NCBI GenBank assembly: GCA_963797555.1 | Contig: CAWCPV010000007.1 | Coordinates: forward strand, 148,085-212,084 | Length of the DNA stretch: 64,000 nucleotides | Direction of reading: 5' to 3' | From: an uncultured Gammaproteobacteria bacterium | GTDB taxonomy: Bacteria > Pseudomonadota > Gammaproteobacteria > CAWCPV01 | Position numbers and translations under genes: made by a program | The notes under the pieces: generated by a model | Told to the model about the DNA's origin: nothing | The model's input: only the letters and a program-made list of their open reading frames with translations | Database searches by the model: none | In this document: one piece after another, positions 30,720 to 41,500 of the stretch | How the letters are laid out: every line of letters begins with the position of its first letter | Numbering within the stretch: the stretch's first letter is position 1

Positions 30720-31507
30720 TTGCGGCCATCCGCTGAGACGCGAAGTCACGGAATCAGGAATGCCCTATTCGTACGCGTGCCGTCGTGTCTCTACCAAGCT
30801 CCTGACGAATCGTGGGAAGAGTTCAGTCAGCGAGTGCGAAAAGACGGGTCGATAGAACATCAACTTCCCCATGCTCTCGAAGAGGACATCTACTGTCTTG
30901 AGAAGGAAATCCCCGAACGAAGCACGTTTTACAGAGCCCGGAAAGGGTTTGAAGAGGATGCTTGGGGGCACAAGCAGCCATACAGGGGTGCCGAGATTGG
31001 GCTGCCATCACCTGAAAAGGCATTACCAGGACGGGCGAATAAGGGGGGCGAACCAGTCCTATACCTCGCGAAGGAAGAAAGGACAGCCGTCTCTGAGATT
31101 CGGCCAGCTCGCGGACTACTGGTCTCTGTAGGGGAATTTGCCACCCGTCGCTCCACTCGCCTGCTCGACTTTGGTCAGCCCCATTGCGGAACCCGATCCT
31201 TTCGTGGACGACCCACTGCGTTACTTGGATGGAGTTCGCTGGGCTGATGAGAGCTTTCGCTTCGTCTTTGTCCCAACCGTTGGAACGCGACGATACAACA
31301 GAAGATTACCGCGCGTCGCAGTGGCTTTCCGCCTGGATCAGCGATCACGGATTCGATGGTATTCTTTATCCCAGCGCAATGAATCCGAGCGGTGTGAACT
31401 TGGTGCTGTTTGATCCAAGGGCCGCGTCGGCCGTGGACTCGAATCTCCGAAGGATCACAGATGTTCGGTGGAGCTACAAGGGATTTGGCGATGGAGATGA
31501 AGAGTAA
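30720..31507 (+). pseudogene. RES-domain toxin (NAD+-targeting family) with one or two frameshifts
   Basis: ORF 30720..31247 holds the Arg/Glu part (FYRARKG...YRGAEIGLPSP...EERTAVSEI). ORF 31184..31507 in another frame holds the Ser part (DHGFDGILYPSAMNPSGVNLVLFDP). Confidence 0.55.
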
Positions 31508-31608
31508 GATACGATCAGTGACCAACTGCATGAACCGGCTGGAGGGGGGGAGGTCGGCGACGCGCCGAAATTGCCGCTGATTCTGGCGGGCTTGACCACC
31601 GGTAGGCA

Positions 31609-33673
31609 TTGATGGACTCAGTCGCGAAGCAATTAGAGGACATCCTGCGCGCCTACCAGGCAAAACCCGAGCTTATCCGCGAGCACTACAATGGTGAGGA
31701 ATCTGACCGGCGAGGCTACGCTGGACGCCCCCTGCTGGAGCTGATCCAGAATGTTGAGGATGCCCTCGCGGACGCGGAACAGCGGGGCGATATGCTGCTG
31801 GCGCTCACCGACGGAATGCTCACCATCGCCAACCAGGGTACTCCGTTCTCGGAGCGGGGCTTCCAGGCGCTTTGCGATCGGAATGACAGCCCCAATCGCC
31901 GCAGCCAGCGTTTCGTGGGCAGCAAGGGCACCGGATTCAAGGCCGTGCTCAACTGGTCTGACGGACTGGAAATCTACTCGGGGGCCATCGGGGCGCGTTT
32001 CGACCGAGTTGAGGCGGCAACCCGGATCCTTGAGGCTGTATGCGATGAGGGGCGTACGCGGCTCGATGCAGACGGGCACTGGCCAGACTCCCACATGCCC
32101 CTCCTGCGGGTGCCGCTACCGGCGATTCCGGACCAGCGCATGTGTCAGCTCCTTGGCGAAGGCTGGGCAACCGTCATTCGGCTTCATTTGTTCCCCGACA
32201 GGGTGACTGAAGTCGGCGACCAGCTGCGCTCGCTGGATCCGCGCGACCTACTTTTTCTCAGCCACCTCGGCGAGGTGACTCTGCGGCTGGACGGTGTACC
32301 GCTCACCTGGACACTGCACCGGCATCGGCATCGGCAAACCCAGGGCGTCGAATCCCACGACCTAGAGGTGCTGAAGGACGGCAGGACACACGCGAGCTAT
32401 CGGGTGCTGCGGAGACGCCTGCCGGATGTCCGCCCGGAGGAATCCGATGAGGTCGGGGACGTCGAGGTCGCGCTCGCCTACTGCACCGACGCGGGCGACC
32501 AAGCGACAGCGAGTTACGTCTACAATTTCTTCCCGACAGAGTGCCTTTCCCCCTTGCCGGCGATAGCGATTCACGGGACCTTCCTGCTCACCTCTGACCG
32601 CAACCACTTGCGCAAAGACGATCCGAGCTACCAGGACGCCTTGATCGCGGCCCTCAGCGAGCTGTGCGCAGAGTACCTGATCCCGGAGCTCGTGGATCGT
32701 TTCGGACACAGGGCGCTGAACTATCTGCGGCCTGGGCCGCAGGTGGCGGGCTCATCAGAGAGTGTCGAGCGCGTGCTCAGCGAACGGTTGGTCGGTACGG
32801 TCCGGTCGATGCCTTTCGTGCCCACGGTGAGCGGTCGCAACGTGGCTCCTAAGGACCTGCGGCTGTGGAGCCATAGGTTGGGAGATCTGCTCGACGAGCA
32901 TCCCGATGCGCCAGACGAACCGGCGCTTCCCCGTCCCGCTTGGTGGCGGCGCATGCTTCGTCCGCTGTCCGCGGGCGCCACTCGGAGAGGACGCTCAAAT
33001 GACCCATGGGATCCAGCCGTCCTGCACCAAGCATTGAAGGATTTGGCGGGGCGGCGGGATCTCATGGAAGACGCCTTGGCGAGACTGCTTGAGAAACTCG
33101 AACGATCGCAGGAGGACGCCCATGCGTACCTTCATAACAAGGGGATCAGCGAAGAAGACATCAAGCTCTGGCACCCGCCGGAAACCACGAAGCCGGATCT
33201 TCCACTGTCACCCCCAATTCGGCATCCCGAACCCGTGCCCATGGTCCCTCCGACCGAACCCGAACCTGAGCCAATTCCGCCTACGACCGGCGTCCCCGCC
33301 GTTACCGTCGGGGTACCGGCGCCCGAGCCGGTGGTTCTCCCTACGGAGATTCCGCTCGTGACGGTTGTCCCCCCGACCCCGCAGGTACCGCCCAATGTCC
33401 CCCCGAGCGGGGGGCCCGGCCGGGACCAGTCCGCTCGCGAGCACGGCACGACCGCCGAGGCGTGGCTTCGAAAACAGCTCAGCGATCTGTTCCAAGGGCA
33501 GTGCGAAGTCAGCGACAGACCAGACCGTAGCCAAGGCGGCGAGTCAGACATCGTCATCCGGAGGAACAGTGAAGATCTGCTGCACGTCGAGGCCAAAGCG
33601 GTCGAGAGAGGCCTAATCTACTGGAGCGAGGGTGAAGTTGAGAAGGCATTGCAGTCGGGAGACAGGTACGCTA
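31609..33673 (+). CDS. Sacsin-like GHKL (HATPase_c_3-type) ATPase + DUF3883 protein, 3' end cut by the IS66-like insertion at 33674
   Basis: N-terminus LLELIQNVEDALAD...LTIANQGTPFSERGF...FVGSKGTGFKAVLNW matches the sacsin/HSP90-like Bergerat fold. A Pro-rich linker follows, then a DUF3883-like nuclease-like block (GGESDIVIRR...LLHVEAKAVERG...). The last 10 codons of ORF 31609..33702 are IS-derived. Confidence 0.65.
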
Positions 33674-33765
33674 GTAACCGTTCAGACCCTCCCACCAGTT
33701 GATCGATGCGTTAAGAGCGCGTCCAGCGCAGCAGAGCCGCTCGGCTTGTCGTACACTCCCGGCTC

Positions 33766-34484
33766 ATGGATCAAGAGCCCTCTATTCCGCAGGCGATCAC
33801 GGCGAGCGGCCGGAGCTTTACCGAAGAGGAGATCTCCGCCATCGTCCGAATGGTGTCGATGTGCGTGGGCCTGAGTCGTTTTGAGCTGGCGCAGACCATC
33901 TGTGAGCTGCTGGGGTGGAGACGGGACAACGGAGCCCTGAAGTCCCGCGAGGGTCGGGATCTACTGGAGCGGTTGGAAGCTCGGGGGGATCTGAGGCTTC
34001 CCGCCAAGCGCACGGGCAGGCCCAAGGGGCGGCGCACCTGCACTGCGCAGACCGATCGGGGCGAACGCCGCGGCGAGATTGCCGGTGCGCTGCAGGAGGT
34101 GGCCCCGGTGGAGCTTCAGTTAGTGCGCCAGGCCGAGGGACGGGCATTGTGGCGCGAGCTTCTCGCGCGCTATCACTACTTGGGCTATGCCACACCCTTT
34201 GGGGCCCAGTTGGTCTATCTCATCTGCTCCCAGCGCCGGGAGGGGGAGGTGTTGGGCGGGCTCACCTACACCAGCCCGGCCTGGCGCATGCAGGCCCGCG
34301 ATGCGTGGATCGGCTGCGCTTTGCCGGGACCTGCTACCGGGCGGCCAACTGGTGCGAGGTGGGCGAGACCAGCGGACGCGGGCGCATGGACCGTGCGCAC
34401 CAACGCCATGGCAGAGCGATAAAGCGGGTCTTCCTCTACGCTCTGCACCCGCAGGCCAGAGAGCGCCTGCGCGGTGAGCGCTGA
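33766..34484 (+). pseudogene. DUF4338-like ORF of the IS66-like element (copy A, internal deletion at ~34313)
   Basis: The N-terminal 180 aa are identical to copy B. The C-terminal block RFAGTCYRAANWCEVGETSGRGRMDRAHQRHG...* is present, but ~190 bp between are missing relative to copy B. Confidence 0.6.
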
Positions 34485-34486
34485 AC

Positions 34487-36057
34487 TCAAGCGGGCGCAG
34501 GAAGCGGCGGTGCCTCAAAGCCGCGGCGTCGGTGGGCGAGGACATCTCTGAGATAGCACAGCGGGGAGCTCAATCGCAGCCGAGAAGTCTCGATCACACT
34601 GGCGAGCAGCGCCAGCGCCCGGCTGCCTTGTTCGCTGCGGGTCCCCTGGCTGATGCGACGCAGAATCACCCAGTGACGCAGCGCCCGCTCCGCCACGTTG
34701 TTGGTCAGCGGCAGCTGAGGCTCATCCAACACCCGGAAGATCGCCCCCCAGTCGTTGAGCAGCTCCTTGCCCAGCGCCTGGGCCTTGTCATAAGGGCAGC
34801 AGCTCATGCGTTCACACAGGGCCGTGGAGCTCGTTCGAGCTCGCCCGGGTGGGCTTGCCGCAGGGAGCCGCCCGGTCCCTCGCGGGCGTGATAGACGGCC
34901 TGCATCAGCGCATCGAGCAGGTCATAGACCGCCTGGCCGTAGCCCTGGAGGGTGGGCGAGAGGCAATCCCTCAGGCCCCGGGCCTTGCGAATGAGATGCG
35001 CCCAGCAACGCAGGCGCTTGGCATAGTCCCGATAGACCTGGTACCCATCGCTCATCAGATAGCCGCAGAAGAGATCCTCGATGAGGTTCTGAAACATCTC
35101 TTTGGCGCGAGAGCCGACCAAGAACAGCGCCGTCGAGGCCGAGATGAACACCCATAACCACAAGGGCTCTCCCCATTGCTTGTGCGGTGTCTCATCGGCA
35201 TGCATGAGGGCCGCTTCCAGCAACTGGGTCACCAGCTCATCCTCGACCGGCTCGCAGGCACGGGCGGTCTCCATCACGCATTGGTGGAGGGTGCCGATGC
35301 CGAGCGCCAGCCCAAACACCTCGTGCAGGAACTCCCGGACCAGGCGGATGGACAGGCGCATCCGAAACCGCAGCCAGACGATGAAGGCGCACAATCCCGG
35401 CCCCACCAGGCGCCACTCGCCAAGCTCCACCCCTCGCCAGCATCCCAAGTGCTCGGGCGCGCGGTGCGGCGCCTGCCGGGTCTCATGACCACAGTCGCAA
35501 CGGCTCTGGTAGTATACCTGCCGCGTGCAGGTCAGGCGCAGCCCCGGCGCCTGCTCATCGCCAAAGACCAAGTCCAGCCTATCAAAGGCGGTGTAGGGCT
35601 TCGCCTGCTCAGGATTGAGCGCCCCACCACACAGCGCACAACTTCCCGGCCGATGATGGTCCCAATCGGTGACTGTCAGCTTCTGGGCGCGCCCGAATCC
35701 CTGGGAGCCAGGCTGCCGGCCCGCTCGGCGCTGCGTCCCTGAGGTCTTGCCACTCGTGTCCTTTGCGCCCTTCTGGCCGCCAGCCCCGGGGAGGCCATCC
35801 TCCTCAGAACGGCTCTTGGCCTCCTCGTCCTCAGGACCGGCGTCGGCCTCTTCGTCCTCCCGCGCACGCAGCCAGGGGTCTTGACTGCTCGGCGGACGAG
35901 AGCTATTGGAGGGACTCTGATTGAGCCGCTCCCACGCTTCCTTGAGATCCTGCAGCAGGCGGATGCTCAGCGCTGCCAGCGCATCGGGATCCTTCTGCCT
36001 CAGCTCCAGAATGCGCTCCTCGCTGAGCTGACGAAGGTCGTGCTCCTTGAGCACCAT
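34487..36057 (-). pseudogene. tnpC: IS66-family transposase (TnpC-like), copy A, frameshift near 34805
   Basis: ORF 34804..36102 matches the copy-B transposase (zinc-finger CxxC..CxxC, MHADETP DDE block) up to ...HPGEL. The last 105 aa are in ORF 34487..34807 in another frame. Confidence 0.7.
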
Positions 36058-36304
36058 GATTGTGTGTGACAGTGAGGTCGAGGAACATCCTGCCAAGGGC
36101 ACCCAACTGTCTCACGCTGGAACCGTTTTGTCCAGCCCTCCGGGTCAAAATATTCCAGGGGGGTGAACGGTTACCTCATCGAGTGCAAAATGCCGGAACC
36201 GCCCGTCACGGAACCAGTTGGGATCAATTCGATTTGCTGCCAAGTGGTTGTGAAATAGTGAAACTGATATTTGACTGCCGGCGACCTACATGAGCGCAAT
36301 AGCG

Positions 36305-36632
36305 CTAATACTCCTCCGAGGTGGCCACCGACACGCCGAGCCGGACGATCCGCGTCACTTTGTCGAGCGATCCCAAATGCTGTCTCGCAACCGCGAGGGC
36401 GTTGAGCGCCGCGAGGTGGGCCGCCTTGCGCCCCGCTTCCACATCGAGCTCCGCGCCGACGCGCCCAATGAATTTCGCCCCGCGGCCTTCCGTGGGAAGC
36501 ATGCCGGTCAGGAAACAGCAGGTTGCCCGGTCTGCACCGCCTCCACATAGATGCCGAACGGCTCCGGCGGCGCCGGGAGCTTGATGCCGAGCTCGGCGAG
36601 ACGGTCCTCGGCGGTCGTTGAGTTTGTGGTCA
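36305..36632 (-). pseudogene. RidA/YjgF-family-like gene, frameshifted and apparently truncated
   Basis: ATG at ~36632 gives MTTNSTTAEDRLAELGIKLPAPPEPFGIYVEAVQTG. A second frame (36305..36502) continues ...GRVGAELDVEAGRKAAHLAALNALAVARQHLGSLDKVTRIVRLGVSV. The usual C-terminal ~40 aa were not found. Confidence 0.35.
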
Positions 36633-36651
36633 TGACGAAAGCTCCTTTCAA

Positions 36652-37380
36652 TTACCAGCGGCCGAAATGAGCGCCGCCATCGACGTACAGGATGTCACCA
36701 GTGACCGTCGCGGCGTCGGTCAGGTACATGACCGCGTCCGTGATGTCCTTGACGTCGAAGGCCGACCCATCGGCGACAGGCTCTCCATCACGTCCTTCGG
36801 AGTCTCCCGGTGAAGCGGCGTGTCGACGACGCCCGGCGCGACGGCGTTCACGCGAATGCCGTCTTTCGCGTACTCCATCGCCAGGTGCTGGGTGATCGTT
36901 TCAAGACCGCCTTTGGTGATCATCGGCACCGCCGCCGTGACGCCCCGGATCGGGTTGCGAGCAAGGGCCGCCGTGATCGTGACGATGCTCCCGCCGGTCT
37001 TCTGCGCTAACATTTGCTTGATGCAGAGTTGGGTGACGTACAGGAAGCCCTCGAGGTTCGTCGAGACGAGCGACTTGAAGTCCTCGGCCGTGTAGTCCGT
37101 GAACGGCTTGGTGAAGAAGATGCCGGCGTTATTGACCAGCGCGTCGATCGACTTGAAGCGAGATAGCGCCGTCTCGACGATCTTGGCGGCAGTTGCCGGC
37201 TCGCCGATGTGGCCGTCCACCAGAGCGACGCTGGTCGGAAGCCGCGACCTCGGTGGATTGGGTCACCTTCCGGGAATTGGCAACGACGTTGAAACCCCGT
37301 TCGACAAACCCTTTCACGATTCCCGCGCCGATTCCCTGCGAAGCTCCGGTCACGATGGCTGTCTTCCGTGGGCCGCTCAT
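36652..37380 (-). CDS. SDR-family short-chain dehydrogenase with two apparent frameshifts (~37230 and ~36790)
   Basis: N-terminal TGASQGIGAGIV Rossmann motif (ORF 37129..37380), catalytic middle (ORF 36720..37220, NNAG...) and C-terminal ...AFDVKDITDAVMYLTDAATVTGDILYVDGGAHFGRW* in a third frame ending at 36652. Confidence 0.6.
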
Positions 37381-37435
37381 GGTTGTTTACCTCGAAAACG
37401 TCTTGTCACTGGAAAAAATTCGATGGTCAAGCGGA

Positions 37436-38443
37436 TCAGAAATCCGCGTCCAGCACGATGCGGTAACGGGCCTTGCCTGATTCAAGTCGGGCGAAGGCCT
37501 CGTTGATCTTGCTCATCGGGAAGTGCTCGGTCTGCGGCGCGATATTGTGCCGTGAAGCAAAGTCGAGCATCGTCTCGATCGCCACCGGCGAGCCGGTCGG
37601 CGAACCCGAGACGCTGCGCTGCTGCACGATGAGCGAGAACGCCGCGACCGGGATCGGTTCCAGCACGGCGCCGACGACGTGCAGCCGGCCGTTGGGCGCG
37701 AGCGTGCCGATCATCGCGTCCCAATCGAGCTTCACGTTGACGGTGCTGATCAGGAGGTCGAAGCTGCCGCCGAGTTTCTTGATCGCCGCCGAGTCCTTGC
37801 TCGACACGACGTGATTCGCCCCGAAACCTTTGGCTTCATCGAACTTGCTCTCGCTCGACGTGAACGCGGTCACGTCGCAGCCGTAGGCGGCGGCGAACTT
37901 CACGGCCATGTGCCCCAACCCGCCGATGCCGATGATGCCCACCCGGTCGGTCGGCTTGGCGTACATCGCCAGCGGCGCGAAGACGGTGATGCCCCCGCAC
38001 AAGAGCGGCCCGGCTTCGGCGAAGTTCAGCTTTTCCGGCAGCGGGATGGCCCAAGCCCAGTGCGAGCGGATGTGGGTCGCGAACCCGCCGCGATGACCGA
38101 CGATGGTCGCTTGCACTTGCGGGCAAAGGTGATGGCTTCCCGACATGCACTGGTGACAGTGCATGCAGCTGCCCGAGTTCCAGCCGACGCCGACGCGCTG
38201 TCCGACCTTGAGACCCTTGGCATTCGGACCTATGGCCGTGACCCGACCGATGACCTCGTGGCCGAGAATCGCGGGGTACTGCGAAATGCCCCAGTCATTG
38301 TTCAAGACGGAGAGATCGGAGTGACACAAACCGCAGTGTTCGACAGCGACTTCAACGTCCTCGGCCCCGAGCGGTCCGAGATCAACGGTTTCGAGCACCA
38401 TCGGCTGCTTCGCCGCCTTCGCAACCCATGCCTTATCATTCAT
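37436..38443 (-). CDS. Zn-dependent alcohol dehydrogenase (cinnamyl-alcohol-DH / YahK-like, NADP type)
   Basis: Start at the ATG at 38441-38443 (MNDKAWVAKAAKQP...). Has GHEVIG, the structural-zinc CxxCxxC cluster (CMHCHQCMSGSHHLC) and GIGGLGHMAVKFA. Confidence 0.8.
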   Translation of the reverse strand: MNDKAWVAKAAKQPMVLETVDLGPLGAEDVEVAVEHCGLCHSDLSVLNNDWGISQYPAILGHEVIGRVTAIGPNAKGLKVGQRVGVGWNSGSCMHCHQCMSGSHHLCPQVQATIVGHRGGFATHIRSHWAWAIPLPEKLNFAEAGPLLCGGITVFAPLAMYAKPTDRVGIIGIGGLGHMAVKFAAAYGCDVTAFTSSESKFDEAKGFGANHVVSSKDSAAIKKLGGSFDLLISTVNVKLDWDAMIGTLAPNGRLHVVGAVLEPIPVAAFSLIVQQRSVSGSPTGSPVAIETMLDFASRHNIAPQTEHFPMSKINEAFARLESGKARYRIVLDADF

Positions 38444-38921
38444 CGCGTCGCCTATTCTGAAAGGTGGGCCGGATTGGCCCTCCGTGGAAACTCTGACGTA
38501 GCCGGCGGCCTGCAGGTGCCTCACCTGCGAGGTGAGAATAGGCCACAGGCAAGGCAGATACAATCTGGGCGTCACACGCCGTTCGGTGTGCGACGGTCTT
38601 GGTCCGACGGCCCCACAGGTAGGCTGGATTGGCACAACGGGATGCGTCGGACCCCGGCTTCGCGCTTGCGGTAGCGCCTTTGTGCACACCAGCTCACGGT
38701 CGCAGAGCTTCCGCGGGCCTGCGGTTCTCGGTCCAGCGCGCCGTGAGAGGCTCGCAGCGAAGATCTGGTTCGGGCGCACCGCGGCGTCGTCGCCCTCCGG
38801 CCCGTCCGGCACGTCGAACAGGCCGCCGGTTTATGAAGCGCTGGAAGCCTCGCCGGGCGCCCTCCTTTGGCGCAGGGCCAGCCAACACGAACTCCCGATT
38901 CCCACGGTACCCCCTCAACTC

Positions 38922-39785
38922 TCACCCTCCGGTCTCGAATCCAGGATAGAGCGTCATTCCGCCGTCCACGAACAGCGTGATCCCGTGAACGTAATCCGAA
39001 TCGTCGGAGGCGAGCCATACCGCCGCACGGCCGATCTCGTCCGGCTCTCCGATGCGTTTATAGGGTATAAGCTTGAGAAGATCGGCGTATGCCTCGCGGC
39101 TTCCCCACGCTTCCATGTTGATGGGCGTACGAATGGCACCGGGCGCAATGCTGTTCACGCGGATGCGGTAAGGCGCCATTTCCTGCGCCATGCTTTTCAT
39201 CATGAGCATGACGCCGCCCTTCGATGCGGCGTAATTCACATGGCCCGCCCAAGGAATCACCTCGTGCACCGAGCTGATGCAAATGACCTTCCCGGCGGCG
39301 CAGGAGATGTCTCTGTCGACTCCTTGCTTCTTGAACTGACGCACGGCTTCCCGGGCGCAGAGGAACTGGCCGGTGAGGTTCACGCCGATCACGAAGTTCC
39401 AATCGGCAAGCGTCATCTCATCGAATCGTGCGTCTTTCTGAAGCCCGGCGTTGTTGACCAGGATGTCCAGGCGTCCAAACCGCTGGACGACGTCCTGAAC
39501 CATGGCCTGCACCTCGTCCTCCTTGCTGACATCCGCCGAATAAGCGTAGGACTCGGCGCCGCAGCGCTTGATTTCGTCCACGACCTCGTCGGCCAGCTCT
39601 TTGCGGCTCACATAATTGACCACCACGTCGGCACCGGCATGACCCAGGGCGGCGGCGATGGACTTGCCGATTCCCGAGTTGGCACCCGTCACCAGAGCTT
39701 TCTGGCCTTTCAATACTTTCACAACGGAGCAGCGCGGCATCACCGGTTCCGGAAATTCTTCCTCGATGAATCTGGTATCGATCAT
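38922..39785 (-). CDS. SDR-family oxidoreductase (glucose-1-dehydrogenase-like)
   Basis: TGANSGIGKSIA Rossmann motif, NNAG, and a YAASKGGV active-site segment; intact 287 aa. Confidence 0.8.
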   Translation of the reverse strand: MIDTRFIEEEFPEPVMPRCSVVKVLKGQKALVTGANSGIGKSIAAALGHAGADVVVNYVSRKELADEVVDEIKRCGAESYAYSADVSKEDEVQAMVQDVVQRFGRLDILVNNAGLQKDARFDEMTLADWNFVIGVNLTGQFLCAREAVRQFKKQGVDRDISCAAGKVICISSVHEVIPWAGHVNYAASKGGVMLMMKSMAQEMAPYRIRVNSIAPGAIRTPINMEAWGSREAYADLLKLIPYKRIGEPDEIGRAAVWLASDDSDYVHGITLFVDGGMTLYPGFETGG

Positions 39786-39972
39786 TTTCCCGTCCTCCAG
39801 TCGCTTTACGGATAGGCACTTCGGGCGCCCGCGTCGACCGCTTTCTCGCCTCAGAGCGAGGCGGAGTCAAGCCTCGGGGCGCGAGGCGGCCGCACCGAGA
39901 GTGCACAGACACGGTCTACCGCCGCACATGTTCCGGCCCCGCCCAGGCCACGCACCTTGGTCAGCGGCCCGC

Positions 39973-41472
39973 TCAGGCCGCCGCCTCCTCGCCGGGCAGT
40001 CCCTGCGCCGCCAGTGCGGCCCCGACCCTGAGCCCCCAGGCATAGATGGTGAGCGCCGGATTCACCCGGCTGGAGCGCGGCAGCACGCTGCCGTCCACCA
40101 CATAAAGCCCTTCCATCCCGTGTACCTTGCCCCCGGCATCCACCACCGAGTCGTCGGCATCCTTGCCGGTGACCAGCGTGCCGCAGGCATGGGCCGTGGC
40201 CTCGATCGGCATGAGGCGCGCGACGCTCACCAGGCCGAGGCCGAGCAAGCCGCGGCGGAAGGTCGCTACGAAGCGCCGGTGCTCGTCGAAGGCCGGGCGG
40301 ATTCGCGTCGGGTCGTAGTCGACCAGTGGGCGGTCCGTCCCCTCGGCCCGAGCCGCCACGCGGTTGTCGGGGTGGCTGCCGTCCTCGGTGGTGAGGAAGA
40401 ATCCGTAGGCATGCCGGCCCATGGCCGCCGCCAGGAAGCGCGGTGCAAAACCCGGCGCCTGCGTCACCACCAAGTCGCCGACGATGCCGCCTCCGAGGGC
40501 CTGAAGAATGCTGTGCGGGCAGTCGTCGTGCATCAGCAAGGCGGTTTTGCAGAGCACGTCGGTGCGCCGCGAGGCGCCGAAGGCGATGAGGATGGTGTTC
40601 AGGTGGGTCTTGAAGTTGCGCCCGATGCGCCGATAGCTAGGGAGCTGGGCGGCGAGCCCCTGGTCCTCCACGTACGCCTGCAGCAGGCGCGGCGAGTGCA
40701 TGGCGCCGGCGGCGAGCAGCACGTGGCGGGCGCCATATTCGGTGCCGTCGGCGAGCCGCACCCCGGTGATGAGCCGCGGGTTGCCGAAAGCACCGACCAG
40801 CGCAGCGACCGGGCTGCCCGTCACGATGCGCAGGTTGGGACGGTCCTCGACCTTGGCCAGCATGGCCGCCTCCGCATCGGACTTCAGCCGGTGGGGCACG
40901 GCATAGCCGTCGAAGTGGCTCGCCTCCGCGGGGTGCTCCAGGATGTCCGAAACCAGCCCGATGGGCATGGCATGCTCGTGCCAGCCGGCGTCCTTGCGCG
41001 CTAGCCGGGAGAATATGGCGCGCAGGTTGCGCTCGACCGGGAAGTTGCGCACCCCCAGCAGCCGCTCCGCCTCGTCGTAGAAGGGCGCCAGGTCCTCGTG
41101 GCCTATGGGCCAAGCGCGGCACTGGTGGGGCACGTCGTCGCCGAACTCATGGGGACTCAAGCGCAGCAGAGCCGCGCCGTACCACTTGGTCTTGCCGCCG
41201 AGGTTGAAATACTCCTCGGGGTAGACCGTTTTACCGCGGCCGTCCACCCAGGGCTCGTGGTTCTTGAAGGCGCCCTGGCGCAGGACCTTGTCGGGGTCCA
41301 GCGTGCTCCCGTCCTCCGGCAGCGCTGGCCCCTTCTCGATGACCAGCACGGAGCGTCCGGTCTGGGCCAGGCGATATGCGGCGGCAGAGCCGCCTGCGCC
41401 GGAGCCCACGATGACGTAGTCGTATGTCCTGTCGTTCATGCTCTCACTCCACAGTGCCGCGACTGCCGACAA
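39973..41472 (-). CDS. GMC-family FAD-dependent oxidoreductase
   Basis: N-terminal YDYVIVGSGAGGSAAAYRLA FAD fingerprint and a GMC C-terminal domain; intact ~490-500 aa. Confidence 0.8.
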   Translation of the reverse strand: MSAVAALWSESMNDRTYDYVIVGSGAGGSAAAYRLAQTGRSVLVIEKGPALPEDGSTLDPDKVLRQGAFKNHEPWVDGRGKTVYPEEYFNLGGKTKWYGAALLRLSPHEFGDDVPHQCRAWPIGHEDLAPFYDEAERLLGVRNFPVERNLRAIFSRLARKDAGWHEHAMPIGLVSDILEHPAEASHFDGYAVPHRLKSDAEAAMLAKVEDRPNLRIVTGSPVAALVGAFGNPRLITGVRLADGTEYGARHVLLAAGAMHSPRLLQAYVEDQGLAAQLPSYRRIGRNFKTHLNTILIAFGASRRTDVLCKTALLMHDDCPHSILQALGGGIVGDLVVTQAPGFAPRFLAAAMGRHAYGFFLTTEDGSHPDNRVAARAEGTDRPLVDYDPTRIRPAFDEHRRFVATFRRGLLGLGLVSVARLMPIEATAHACGTLVTGKDADDSVVDAGGKVHGMEGLYVVDGSVLPRSSRVNPALTIYAWGLRVGAALAAQGLPGEEAAA

Positions 41473-41500
41473 GCCGAGCCCGGCCCCCCGCAGGCCACGC

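Larger units (their letters stand above)
33674..36174 (+). mobile_element. IS66-family-like element, copy A (2501 bp, degenerate: 191-bp internal deletion and a transposase frameshift)
   Basis: The ends GTAACCGTTCAGACCCTCCC... and ...GGGGGGTGAACGGTTAC form inverted repeats beginning 5'-GTAACCGTTCA. The flanking 8-mers are GTACGCTA (left) and CTCATCGA (right). The copy aligns with copy B at 50741-53430. Confidence 0.75.

Noticed and set aside
36175-36304. Possibility that the RidA-like gene originally continued across the second IS66-like target site into 53439 onward
   Set aside because: The RidA reading frame meets a TGA inside the target 8-mer itself, and the only open frame across the reconstructed junction has no recognisable similarity. 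This is not supported.
39658-41004. 448-aa plus-strand ORF
   Set aside because: It is antisense to the GMC oxidoreductase, which has a clear FAD fingerprint on the minus strand; no features of its own.
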